DNA of 61,813 nucleotides from Xylographa opegraphella (Eukaryota): NCBI GenBank assembly GCA_022813865.1, contig JALDZX010000043.1, positions 124,001 to 185,813 of the forward strand, read 5' to 3'. Shown piece by piece: positions 49,751 to 61,813 of this stretch (position 1 is its first letter; each line of letters starts with the position of its first letter). The notes under the pieces were generated by a model. It saw only the letters and a program-made list of their open reading frames with translations, ran no database searches and was not told where the DNA came from. The position numbers and the translations under genes were made by a program.

Positions 49751-52700
49751 TCAGTTGACAGGCGGGTCGTGAATATCTTCCATCGTGGCACGCTCAGTGA
49801 GCCAGATGCCTTGGGGTCCCTCGGTCCATGCGGAGTAGTCGCTCGCAGTCAATGTTTCGAAAGTGGTGGGCTCGGTGCCAGACTCGTCAAATTGATCGAT
49901 CTCGACTTAACCATCCTCGCTAATGTGCATAAACGATGGCACTTCGTAATTTACTCCATTTTCCATTCGAATAGCAATGGGCACCTCACCAACCGATGGC
50001 ATATGGGGATTGTTCTGTTCGATAACAGGTTCGTCTTGTTGTACAACCTCTGCAATGCCATCGTCGTTGATGCGCATAAATGATGGGAGCTCATACAGGA
50101 CCCCGTTGGGCCCACGAATCCCGATCGGAACAGGGCCTACAGGCAGCGCTGCAACGTTCTGATCATCAGCAGATGTCTCGTCCTGAAGATGGATCTCGGC
50201 CAGTCCTTCGTTGATGCGCATAAATGACGGGAGCTCATACAGGACTCCAGTGGGCCCACGAATCCCGATCGGAACAGGACCTATAGGAAGCCCTGCGACC
50301 TCCTGATCATCAGCAGATGCCTTGTCCTGAAGGTGAATCTCGGCCAGTCCTTCTTCGTTAATGCGCATGAATGATGGGAGCTCATACAGAACTCCATTGT
50401 CCATGCGGATGCCAAAGGGGACCCAATCAGTCGGGGGAATGTAAGTGTCGTGTTGTCCATTACCAGACACTCCTTGTTGTACGATCTCTTCTAAGCCATC
50501 ATCCTCACTCCGTAGAAGCGACAGCAACGCTGGCATTGCCCCACGCGTACTGACTGGAGCGGTACCTTCAGAAGCCGCTACTTCATATCCATTGTCTGTG
50601 AGTACTTCGTCCTGTACGTCAATCTCGGGTTGACCATCTTGGTTAATGTGGATGAAAGTAGGTACTTCATAAACGGTATTGTTGTCCATTCGGATACCGA
50701 AAGGCGTATGATCATTTTGCGGTACAGCGTTACCGTTCTCCGCGCCACTCGGTTCTTCATCTTGCACCACCTCTACTTGGCCGTCGCCGTTCAGGTGCAG
50801 AAATGACGGAAGTTCGTAAACAACACCGTTAGACATCCTGATACCAGTTGGTACTGGGCCCACCGCAACAGCCATTTGGCCCCCACCAACGTTGTCCTTA
50901 TCCTCAATCACAGTTGCATTGTGTTCATTTGGTGACAAAGCAACAGGACTCTTGTCCTCATCAAAATGATCAAGGACGATGTTGCCATTTCCATCGTAGG
51001 ACATGAACGATGGCAGGTCATATGTGATTCCATCAGGGCCATCAACACCGACTGGTTCTGTTGAAGGTACCTGCTGGTTGGGGCTTTCGATGTTGTTAGC
51101 AATAACAAGCCCACCGATGCCTTCTGTGGAAGCAGATACTGGCGACTCGTCAAAGATAATGGGTCCCTTGCTGGTCATACCCATAAATGATGGCAGCTCA
51201 TATAATACTCCATTGGGTCCTCTAATGCCAAAGGGGATTGTGCAGGTTAGGTCCTTGCCAAAGAACTTCAATTCTTCATGGATCTCTGTCTCGGGGATCT
51301 CGGCTCTCATCATCTGAGGATGGCCTAGTGCGCGATAGTATTCCTCAGTCACTTCAACGGGCCGTGGCTCAGGATTCGTTGAAGGTTCATTGTGAAAACG
51401 AGGTGTGCTGAAGCTTCCATAACTATTGGAGTTACCAAAACCAGCAAGTTGGGTACCGTGGTATTGTACTGGTACATGAATATACCCAGGCGAGGAAGTG
51501 GTATTCGGAGGTCTATGACTATTGACGAACATGTTATGAGTTTGTCGCGGCGGCGTCTCTTCCTGGTCGAGCCGTTGCGGGCTGCTTAGGCAGCATTTGC
51601 ATGAATTGTTTTTCAACGATTCATCCAGTGCTGCAATCTTTGCGAGGACGGTGTGGATCATCCGCTTCGTTTCTGTGCCGGTAGTTGCTGTCACGTGGAG
51701 ATCATGGCCCAGAATGTCAAACTCGTTCTTGAGGCTATTTAAGTCGTGCTTGGAGGCTCCTTTTCCATTCCTCTGAATCTTCTCCTCTAACGACTCGCAA
51801 CGTCGAATCAACTCATCGTGCGTACGGTTGTTCTGATCAGTTATCAACCTTTGCAACCGATCATTCGAGGTTTCTATGTGATGATGGATTTCCATCATCG
51901 CATGTGCGAAGCCGATCGGAGCTGAAGCTTGATAGCCTGGAAAAGAACTCGGAGGTGGTGGTACTGCGTTGGTCTGAGGGATGGTGCTATCGCGTACACT
52001 AGCAACCGGGCTCATCTCTGCATCTTCTGCGAAAAGGGGCAGGACTTCTGCTGAGTCCTGTCTCGTTGACTCTTCGTCGAGGCTCGTGGCAATCGAGATG
52101 ATAGAAGCCAGGGTCAACACCGAGGAACGTGGAACATACGTTGCGCCCATGTCAGAGCCTTCACCAGGTGGAGAAATTGCACCATCTTCACTCTCGAGCT
52201 TTGTATCGACTAGCTCAAAGTATTCCTTTGGGTTTGGCAGGTTTGGGCTGAAGGCCGGAAGTGAACGGCCCTGCAAGCAACATGATCAGCACACGTTGAG
52301 TGAAGGAATATTATGAACTTTACAACATCTGGGTGGTTTTCCCACACACCCTCATACATGCTTGGCGAGTATACCCCAGATGAAAGATGTCCAGCAGGAG
52401 ACTGGTTTCCACGACCTTTGTCCTCACCTTCATTGTCCATGGTTTCGATGATCCATTGCTGGCTCGCAATACGGCCGAAGCTGGCACCAACTACATCCCG
52501 GTTTCCTACAGTACCATATGATCCACTCCTTGTAGGACTCAGATTTCCGTGACCAAGCAGAATACCATCGGACTCCATTTCGCCTCTTGAAGATTGGCGG
52601 CCTGAAACGCTGGACTTTGCTGGCAATTGTGGCTTTTCTTTTTCGGTCAGGGTTGAGAAATCATTCGCCTTGGGTCCGATAGAAATTGGGATCTCGCGGT

Positions 52701-53650
52701 CGAAGATACGGTCTCGATATAGGTTCGGATATCCCAGATCCGGTGCTGATGCAAGTGGCTGCCGATGTCCTCCGCTTTGCCAATCAGGCTGGATGTTCAA
52801 ACCTAAGACTCGGCTTGCTTTGTCGAGTCTTACCGACGGTACAGAAGGAGCATTCGGGAGGCCCTTCCCCGCAATGCTATCATCAAAAACTACCTTGTTA
52901 CCTGCAAGCACATTACGAAGCCCCTTCAAGCTCATTTTCCGAGTCATCGAAAAAGGCTTCGACGGGGTAGGCTCCATGAGTGGACCAGTTTTGCTCTGTT
53001 TGTTGCTTGGCAAAAATGTGCCTACTGCGTGCTTCATCTTTGGAAGCTTGTTTGCAGGGGCCGTTTCTTCGTTTTCATTCTCAACCGTGTCAACTCGAGC
53101 ACCAGTTGTATATTGGACATGCTGATCATCGTTAGCACTGCCCGGCCAGTACCACCGGTGGTAAATATATATGAGTGAGCTTGGCTCAGGGGCTTTTCGA
53201 CATGCTTACATTATTCTCGTCAAGCAATTTTCCTACATCGTTGAGGCTGAGTGCCTCCTGGGCCCAGGAATTCTTCTATTCAGTATTGTTACTTCATTAT
53301 CTGCTTGAAATTGCGATTCTCGTTTCATACCTCTCGGACAGTAGTTGCTTGAGAAATCTTCTCGCAAGCGGCATCACTCGTATTGTTCTGGCGGTAGCTA
53401 ACCGCCGAAGAATTATTTCCGGTATCACCGGATGGTCCGCTCGTGCTAGCGTCACGTGGGTTCGCCAACGACCACGCGTTCTCCTGTGAGACACAGCCTT
53501 GTCAGTAAACTGGTGCTCAATCAGGAGTTAGGTGTGGCAGCACTTGCTTGGCTGCTTATCAAGACTTACCATGCCGCAGTTGTTTTCGGCTTCCAATGCT
53601 TGGTCCTGAGCCCAAGCGTTTGTAGCCCCAACATAACGCTTCCTGGCCGG
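49751..53650 (-). CDS. Large hypothetical protein, multi-exon, with central coiled coil and C-terminal ~48-aa tandem repeats; in-frame TAA at 49907-49909
   Basis: Long same-strand ORFs 52210..53037 and 49907..52276 are joined by an intron (HPDV|GRSLP), with further short exons upstream. The 5' end is uncertain. Confidence 0.65.
49860..51245 (-). repeat. Coding tandem repeat: 8 clear units plus 1 degenerate, consensus VPxGIRxxNGVLYELPSFMxINxDGxxEI
   Basis: Visible in the translation. At DNA level, near-identical units start near 50067, 50211 and 50358 (periods 144 and 147 nt). Confidence 0.9.
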
Positions 53651-55038
53651 CATGCCAGGTAGCTTGGTGTCACGCTCTGCAGCATTGGAAGGTGAGCCAG
53701 GCATTATGATTGTCTTATTGGCTTCGAAAGTTGAGTGATCGTCAGCCGTGGTCAGCGAGACGAGAAACGAAAAGTATACATGTGAAGAGGATATGTTTGG
53801 AGGACTTACATGGTGTGGCCGATGCTATGCTGATGCCTGCAGAACTCAAATCTACCTTCATCAGTTCTTACTCCTCGAGTTTGATATTGTAGTTGAGGTA
53901 AGGTTAGGTGGGTTGTGAACTTCGAATGCCACGTCTGGAAATTCGAAAGGGGTAATTTATATAACGAACACATCTGTGATGGCACTATGGTGATGAAGGA
54001 CTTACCTGTTCAGCACTACAAGCTTCGATGTACTTGGTAGAGATTCAGCAAAACTTGACGCGTCTTCTGGAGTGGTCGTGATGAAGGATGGAAAGAGAGA
54101 GTGAGAGTGAGAAGAAGTCTTATGGTGATCGCAGCTCCCAGAACGCTAAGCGCGCTAGCGTACCTATTCACGGTATGGCAGCCTGACGCAGTGCTGGAGG
54201 AAAGCTCAGTGGAATGGGGAAAGGTCCCGATGTGTTGCGGTTCAGGATATAAAAAGCTGCATAGCATGGGCTCGTGCCGAAGGGGAAGAAGTACTCAGAC
54301 GATCACGACCAACATTGTCTTGCTGGAATGCAAGATTCGAACAAACAACAGTGTTTACGAGAGCGAATTCGTTCTCCTTATCTTCTAGGAACTGGCGGAA
54401 TATGTTATTCCGGGTCTACTGTGGGTGAATCTCTAGCGCCTTGGGCACCTTATAGAATTGAAGCAAATCTACGCGTTTCTATCATTTGTGTCTTATACCC
54501 ATCGGCATCTTACGCGTCTGCAATCATGTGGGCTTCCACACAAACTATGCTCTGGTGTTATGAATCAGCTGAGCTCAACAAGCACTGCCGACTTGCGTAT
54601 CTCCCAATGTGAGGAAGTACATCGAGCTGCTGAAGACAAACTGGATACGTGGCGAGACATGGTCCAACTCACTGAGTCCACACTCGTATTCGTATCGTTG
54701 TACAGTGTAGACCAGGCGAAACAATGTTCACTCTTATCATCTACAAATGCTTGTATTTCAAAGTGAGAAGTGTTGGCGCTGGAGGCCTACTTTAGCGCGT
54801 GTGTGGAAGGTTGAAGGCCACAGGGATAGGATGGCATTGAAATTCAGGGGTAAATAACACCTTCGGCATACGAAGCAAAGTTTTGACTAGCACCAAAATG
54901 AGATAGGCTGTATCTGAAGCAAAAATTGGAGTTAAAAATAATCATATGTATAACTCGTTAATGTATCTAGAGTCCTGGGCGTTCACGTGCATCTGTCGGC
55001 GCGCGCAACACTCACAAGGACAATCCAGTGCGCCTCCA

Positions 55039-56887
55039 TCATCCGCTGTTGACTTCATAGCTGCTCGGCTGACGACCAAACGCTGCTGCCCATATCACAG
55101 AGAACCAGTATAGCACTTTTTGCCAGATTGTGCGCGTAACATGCTCCTTGTCGTCTGATCCAGAAAACGAATTCTCGGTCGCTAAGATCTGCTTGGCCGT
55201 GCGAGCGCTTCGCTGCCGAGCGCCTTCGCCAAGTGAAGAAGGTTGGGAGAGAGTTTTATACGTTGCAAATTCTCTTTGAGAAGCTTTCTGGGCGCCTATC
55301 AATGGTTGCTCCTCGGAACCAAGCTCCCTTATCTCTGCGAAACTCCGGCCTAAGCTGCCAATAGGGTTCTCCTCTCCTGTGCTCCCCTCCTCGAATGAAT
55401 GACATGCTGGGCGACGGAAGCTGTCGGCCGTTGAACGATGATCCTGCCAGGGATGAGTATCTGATGGACCGTCTAAATCATTAGCCGAACAAGAGTATAG
55501 GTCTAGAAAGTTGGCTACTTACCAGTGTGTATCACAAATTCTGGTGAACCAAAAGAAGAAAGCTTCCTTTTAGTGTCGGCTGGACTACCAATTGGTGGCA
55601 TTTCATGCGCAAGAATTGGGGCATCTTTGGTGAAACGAGCTGGAGAGTCAAACGGTGATTCGTGGTCTGATGTTACAGTTTCGTCCGGTGGAAGCTCCTT
55701 ATGCAGTGTGGCCATTCGCTGTAATATGTTTTGAGCACCAGAGGGAAATAATTCCAAACTCGGGTCGTCAAGGTCGTTGAAATTGGCAGGTGTCCCCGCC
55801 TCTTGCTCACTTACCGACTTGGATGTATCTGGGTGCCTCGGTACCGTATGGACATCTTGCGTATGGTTCTCGTGATATACGTACCCAATATTCTCACATG
55901 TTAGACACTCATGCGGTAGAAGAGGTGCATGCGAACTGGTCCACTCAACTGGACCAGGAGAGATACGCGACACACCATAAGCGTTATCCAAATCGTTATT
56001 ATCCCCTTCATCGATAGCTCTTACAAACGTTGCAGGACTACCTGGGCTTGGTATGGACATCAGCAGCTTAACTTTCTCTATATCAGTGGTGGACATCTTT
56101 CGGTCACCAAACACATCATTCTCTGGAAATTTATAGCTGTCAACCTCCTGGAGTGAGAGAGACGGTATCATCAACTTCGAGGTCTTGGAAATCTCGCAAC
56201 TTGCCATGGAGTGTAAGGGATTCGGCCATTGCTGTGGTACATAGACTTGGTCCGATATACTCTCGGAACCTTGGCTAGGCTGGACGCTGCTATCTTTGGC
56301 TTCAACATACACTTCTCGGGAGCAATTCGGATTGAGATGCCCCTCTATATGGCAGTACATTTGGGTGTTTTCTTTGATAGGTTCTTGGTAATCGATGTGA
56401 GACGTGAGGTCCAGCTCCGTTCTCTCCCAGGCGCTGTCTTGACTGGAGTCCTGATTGCAAGCCAAGGGCTTTACGTGAATTCGTTTGCTGACGCATGCAT
56501 GTTCGATATTGGTCGGTATAACAACGAGAAGATTGTTACGATTGCCAGCTCCGTCGGCAACTGAAGTAGTCAATGCGTCGTCCTCAGAGACATCCTGGTT
56601 TTTTGCTTACCAACTTCTGCATTTTCATCGCACACCCACCAATCACCAGGTCCGAGACGAAATTTGTATTGCCAATGGCCTTGACTAACTTGGAATTGCT
56701 TGTAAAAAAGGTATTCCCTTAATTCTGCCGAAGTGCCTTCCTCGTCCCTTTGTCTAATCGTGGTGTGATACTTCATCTCACACACTTGCCATGGTGGATC
56801 CGTAAAAGCGCCAGAGACATAGACGGGTGGACAAGCTCCTGGACTCTTGAAGGTAATCTCTATCATCTGCTTAGTAGAGTCTGCCAT
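55039..56887 (-). CDS. Protein with N-terminal AMPK-beta/CBM48-like glycogen-binding domain and low-complexity remainder; multi-exon
   Basis: ITFKSPGACPPVYVSGAFTDPPWQ...WQYKFRLGPGDWWVCDE...DGAGNRNNLLVV. Confidence 0.72.
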
Positions 56888-57606
56888 GTTGATGATGTCC
56901 CGAAGTAACACCCCGGGGAGGGAATAGACGATACTACAGGGAGTGAGTGTGGTAGGTTTGTTACGAGGTAGAAATTGGGCGCGAATAGATTGATAAAAAG
57001 GTATCACTGAAGGCCCAATAACCAGGTCCGAATCATGAAATCCAAGTTTCAAAGGAACGGCTCGGATGCTAAGAAAATGGCATGGACATGACTCGTTCCT
57101 TCCCCATGGGGCTCGAGCTCAGGTGTAGCTCAACAAAACTTACACATAATCTCCTCAAGCGACTGAATCACTCAATGCCACCTACGAAGGTCGATGTTAC
57201 GAGGTTCGACACAATTTTCGGAAATGAACAGAGGTCGTTTTATGCCACCGGCGTCAGGCTAATCTTTGTCGCCGACTCGTCGCGAGTGCCTCGCCTATCC
57301 TAATCCTATTCTAGGACTAACCGAGCAAGGCGGCGGGAGCGCTCGGCTTCTCTGCGATGACGTCTGGCTTTCAGGCTGCCTCGCTCGAGTAATCTTACTT
57401 GCCAGAACCAATATACTCTGCTTCGATTTTGTTTTGGTTTCCTTGAATGCTCTGGCTTTGGCGGTGCTTTGTTCGTTGGACTAGATATATTCATAGAAAG
57501 ATGGTCGGTGTCACTGACCTGAACTGTCTTCTTTCTGGAGTATGTCGCTCCAGGACACTGACTTGGTGTACGGGGACTAGGTTCCAAGTTACAATTTCCT
57601 ACGACA

Positions 57607-59802
57607 ATGGCTGAAGATCGGTCACCTTCGAGCTCGGCCCCGGCTTTTGAGCTCTACCTTTCACATCTACCTGAAGTATATGTACTCCCTGTTCATCTGT
57701 CCGCATTTCAGGTCCATGAGCTGGAGGATCAACTTGCCGCAGCTGGTGCCACAGTCGTTTATGATCTTCAAGGTGCAAGATTGATTCTGGGAGCCCTAAC
57801 CACTACTAAGCGAGCCAAATTTGAGCTCCATAGTAGGGGCCTCAGACTCCGGGATCTTTGCACCGGAAACACATTCAGCAGAGCTCCGATTGACAATGCG
57901 GCCATTGACTTGCGAAACTCAAGCGGTGATAGCGAAAGCCCCTCAAGGAAACGACGGAAGGTGTTTCCAGGAGATATGAACGTACAGGAGTCCGATGTTC
58001 CTAAAGAAATCGTTCCTACTACGAAGGTCGAAACGCGAAAGGATAATGGTGCAACAGAATCAATGTCTCAGCTCTCTATTACCCATGACTTGGTCGACGC
58101 AATTGCATCGTCGCCTAATACACTCGAGTTAGATGAGTCGGGCCCAATATTTTCATCGGATTTCCCTGCTGGCCTTGTGAAAGTCGTTCGAGCAGGATGG
58201 TTTACTGACTCAATGGAAGCTGGAATCCAACAACCATTGAAACCCTACATAATATATGAAGGCATGACCTCTTTCAGACCAGAAGCCCTCCAGAAAATAG
58301 AACCACTCCATGCTAATCATGGCGAGGTGGCGGGATCTGCCGTCCATGAGATCTCCCAAAACATAGATAATCATTCAGGTGATGTTTCACATAGGATAGC
58401 AACTCAAGACCGTGCCAAAGATGGACGACCGAAGGCTAGTGATGTGGATCGTGCGCAGACATCAAGCGCTCGCCCCCAGGACCTTCATTTACGCCGTGTG
58501 AAGCATTCATCACAAAGTGTTCAAAAACACGCGAGCGATCTAGCTGTCCGTCCCGTTCACCTGCTCAGAGAGACGACTTCTGAACATGAGGATGGCGACA
58601 GCGGTACTTTACCAGAGATGCCCAGATGGGTTAAGGAAAACAAAATCTACGCCTGTGAAAGGTCCACTCCTCTTTACACACAGAACGACGACTTTGTTGC
58701 ACAATTGGAGACGATTAAGCTCGAACGGATTCTTACAGGGGATGAGATCGGTGTCAGAGCATACAGCACCAGCATTGCTAGTATAAAAGCTTATCCATAT
58801 ACATTCACAAGTACTAAAGAGATTCTTTCTCTTCCAGGTTGCGACCACAAGATTGCCCATTTGTTTTATGAATGGGAAACTACTGGCCATATCCAAGCTG
58901 TGGATGACATTCAGGCTGATCCTACCCTCACAGCTCTGCGGATCTTCTACAATATCTGGGGTGTTGGCGCCAAGACTGCTCGAGAATTCTACTATGATAA
59001 AAAGCGAAGAGAGCTCGACGATTTAATTGAAATTGAGTGGGACTCGCTCACCCGGGTCCAGCAGATTGGGTTGAAGTTCTACGAAGAATTCGAGCTTAAA
59101 ATCCCACGATCCGAAGTCGAGTACATTGCATCCATTGTGACATACCATGCCAAGAAGGTCATCAATGATGATGAGGTCGAGTGCGTCGTGGTTGGCGGGT
59201 ATAGACGCGGCCGCAGCGAAAATGGAGATGTTGACATCATCGTCTCGCATCGGGACGAATCCGCTACTAATCATTTAATCAATCCAATTGTGGCAGCTCT
59301 TGAGACTGCTGGCTGGATCACGCATAGCCTGAGTGTGACGACCGCGAACTCCGATCGGGGACAGCAACCAGTATCGTACAAATTCAACGACGACAAGCGT
59401 GGAACCGGGTTTGACACGCTCGACAAAGCATTAGTTGTATGGCAAGACCCGGTGTGGCCAAGCATGGCCGAGGATCTGGCCAACAGCTCAAAGGTGAAGA
59501 ATCCGAACGTCCACCGTCGAGTCGATATTATCATTTCGCCGTGGCGTACAGTAGGCTGCGCCGTGGCTGGCTGGACGTCGGGTACAACGTTTCAGAGGGA
59601 TCTGCGACGTTACGCGAAGCACCACAGAGGGTGGAAATTCGATAGTAGTGGTATTCGAGAGCGGGGGACCGGAAAATGGGTCGACGTGGAACGTTGGACA
59701 GACATCAAGACCCGGGCGAAGACGTGGCAAGAAGCAGAGAAGAGGGTCTTTGAGGGGCTAGGACTGGAATATAGGGAGCCCTGGGAGAGGAATACTGGAT
59801 AA
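57607..59802 (+). CDS. POL4: X-family DNA polymerase with N-terminal BRCT-like region (Pol4/Pol mu-like)
   Basis: LPGCDHKIA and IWGVGAKTA HhH motifs, VGGYRRG..GDVDII, RRVDII and GWTSGTTFQRDLRRYA, ending in EPWERNTG. Confidence 0.9.
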   Translation: MAEDRSPSSSAPAFELYLSHLPEVYVLPVHLSAFQVHELEDQLAAAGATVVYDLQGARLILGALTTTKRAKFELHSRGLRLRDLCTGNTFSRAPIDNAAIDLRNSSGDSESPSRKRRKVFPGDMNVQESDVPKEIVPTTKVETRKDNGATESMSQLSITHDLVDAIASSPNTLELDESGPIFSSDFPAGLVKVVRAGWFTDSMEAGIQQPLKPYIIYEGMTSFRPEALQKIEPLHANHGEVAGSAVHEISQNIDNHSGDVSHRIATQDRAKDGRPKASDVDRAQTSSARPQDLHLRRVKHSSQSVQKHASDLAVRPVHLLRETTSEHEDGDSGTLPEMPRWVKENKIYACERSTPLYTQNDDFVAQLETIKLERILTGDEIGVRAYSTSIASIKAYPYTFTSTKEILSLPGCDHKIAHLFYEWETTGHIQAVDDIQADPTLTALRIFYNIWGVGAKTAREFYYDKKRRELDDLIEIEWDSLTRVQQIGLKFYEEFELKIPRSEVEYIASIVTYHAKKVINDDEVECVVVGGYRRGRSENGDVDIIVSHRDESATNHLINPIVAALETAGWITHSLSVTTANSDRGQQPVSYKFNDDKRGTGFDTLDKALVVWQDPVWPSMAEDLANSSKVKNPNVHRRVDIIISPWRTVGCAVAGWTSGTTFQRDLRRYAKHHRGWKFDSSGIRERGTGKWVDVERWTDIKTRAKTWQEAEKRVFEGLGLEYREPWERNTG

Positions 59803-60646
59803 ACTGTGGCCGAAAGACAGTCGGATCTTCAAAGGAGGCTGCACAGATTCTCGCGGTGCTTCGTCGTGTCGACTGGATGAACGTCATATAGTACTGGCGG
59901 CCTATGATACCGGACTGCAGGCCTTCCTCCTTGATATTCTGTTCTCTACTTCACGTGCCGCTTCCCATCCTAATCTTTAGCATAAGTTCTGCATCTTCGA
60001 CATGATAGCTTTGACGGCTAGGCGATATTGATTACTATGTATACTGTGTACCTGCCGGTCGGCGTTAAACATGGCGTTTGCAAGCATACGCAAGGACCAC
60101 CTTAATCTAAAGGAGAAAAGAAAATCACATCCATAGCCGACACTCCGGGTGCATGCCGCGTCAACTCATAACTATGGTCGTAGTTCAAGACGTGCAGCGG
60201 CGAGACGTCATCTATGCGTACATTGGGGTTGCCATTACGTTCCTTCATTTAATTTCAAGGTGAAGCGACGAAATAATGAGGGATACTCAATGGTCATCGA
60301 TGTGTATCCTGAAAACATCAGCTCTGGCGATTACTGATGATAAAATGGTCCAGCGTGAGGGGACCTCTCGCTAAATATGCATCGTAGTATAACCACGAAG
60401 CTTAAAAAGTAATCAACACGTATAGAATTTGAATTAAAACATTTAATTTTCAGCTGATAATAAAATATACGTATTAATCATTTTTAATTTAATTTTACTA
60501 AAATTAAATTATTGTTAAATTACCCGAACTTTTATCAATTTAAAACCGAAATATAAAATATACAAATATTAATAAAATAATTATATACCTAGTTGAAATG
60601 AATGGGTGGAATCAGTATGGTGGAACCAGTGCTTCATTGAACTACC

Positions 60647-60790
60647 TGTCAAGATGCGTAAGAAGGTTGCTTTCTTCTTAAGGAAGAAAGCTCCCTTATA
60701 TACGGNTACGCTAGTCTAGAAGCAGGTTAGCGTCTATATTGCCTGCAGGCAACATAGAGGGCATTCTGCCAGGCAACGCTATTTCCAACA
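60647..60790 (-). repeat. Putative 3' LTR (144 bp)
   Basis: On the minus strand it starts TGTTGG directly after the PPT and ends TTGACA. The distal boundary is inferred from TG..CA termini only, because the 5' LTR is outside the window. Confidence 0.6.
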
Positions 60791-61813
60791 CTCCCACTCG
60801 ATGCCTGCTGAATCGCTAGCTCCCACTACTCTCAAGACCCAGTTGAGTAACAAACCTCTTGAAGCTAGGCTTAGGCAGTGGCTTGGTCAATCCGTCTGCG
60901 ACCATATCCTGCGTGGGCACGAAGCTGACCCGCACCTGATTTCTTTGATGAAGGTCCCTAATGAAGTGATAGGCAACGTCAATGTGCTTCGATCTTTCGT
61001 GGATATGAGCGTCCTTAACCAGCGTTAATGATGCCTGATTGTCTCCTCTTAGCCGCAGCGGCGAGTTCTCTTGGTGTTGATTGCTTTCCATGATGTCAAC
61101 ACTGTTTGAGCCGATGCCTAAGTATTTGCTGCAGCCGAGGTCCTTGAGCAGTTGCATGATCCAGAGTCCCTCCTTCGCGCAGCTCGACAGGGCCATGTAC
61201 TCAGCTTCAGTAGTCGAGGTGGACACCGACTTTTGCTTTCGACTTGCCCAGGCAATTGGCCCTCCGCCAAGCATATATACGTACCCGAGGATGGATCTTC
61301 GATCCTGCTTGTCCATCGCGTAGTCAGAGTCGGAGTAGCCAATAAGGTTGAGGCTCCCACTGCCCCCGTAAACCACTCCAAGGTCAATCGTCGATCGAAC
61401 GTAGCGAAGCAGGGTCTTCAATGCGTGGCCGTGATGCTCTGCAGGATCACTAAGGTATTGACTTAGTCTGCCCAGGGCAAAGGCGATGTCAGGGCGCGTA
61501 TGTATGGCCGCGTACATTAGACTTCCAATTGCGTGCTGATATTCGCGTTGGTCGATCCTCTTGTCCTCGGGGCCGGCTGGTCGAAGCGAGTCGTAACCGT
61601 TTATTGGGATCTCCACTGCCTTGTGCTTGTCGGTCTTCATGTGTAGCCTTGCGAAGACTTCTTTCAGATAGTGGGTCTGATCCAGGCGAATTGAGCGGTT
61701 CTTTCTGTCGCGCGTAACTTGAATGCCTAGGATTTTCTTAATCTCCCCCAGATCCTTGACCTTAAAAAGTTTCGCGAACTCAGCTTTAAACCAATTGACC
61801 TCAGCTCGGCGAG
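60647..61813 (-). mobile_element. Ty1/Copia LTR retrotransposon, 3' portion (RT end, RNase H, PPT, 3' LTR)
   Basis: Open frame from the window end to 60816: FKVKDLGE.KILGIQ, YQHAIGSLMYAAIHTRPDIAF, GYSDSDYA, WASRKQKSVSTSTTEAEY, DNQAS, RSKHIDVAYHFIR, MVADGLTKPL. Purine tract AGTGGGAG abuts the LTR. Confidence 0.93.

Noticed and set aside
50060..50400. CRISPR-like regularly spaced repeats
   Set aside because: Eukaryotic context; the repeats are in-frame coding units with a period divisible by three, and there are no cas genes.
57607..59802. DNA polymerase X and DNA ligase I as members of the viperin system
   Set aside because: Both are ordinary conserved housekeeping genes, and Pol X is about 28 kb away.

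Overview
Eukaryotic DNA from a filamentous ascomycete (short GT-AG introns with CTRAY branch points, Pezizomycotina-type genes). Left housekeeping block (1-14 kb): ITC1, ALG8, an L-type lectin cargo receptor, CRIPT and DRS2. Accessory-looking block (14.3-29.6 kb): NiCoT nickel transporter, intronless beta-lactamase-fold hydrolase, OPT transporter, a small DUF1909 zinc protein, and a compact trio of viperin (RSAD2-like radical SAM enzyme), a divergently transcribed four-exon NMP kinase, and a CYTH/thiamine-triphosphatase-like gene. Right block: DNA ligase I, AsnRS, an RRM-like protein, a Myb-like putative regulator, IWR1, a protein with an unfamiliar ~48-aa tandem repeat and a premature stop, a CBM48 protein, an X-family DNA polymerase and the 3' end of an intact-looking Ty1/Copia element. 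The best candidate for an undescribed system is the viperin-kinase-CYTH locus, a putative fungal antiviral ddhNTP module (supply, synthesis, turnover). All calls come from motif recognition by eye; no database searches were run.
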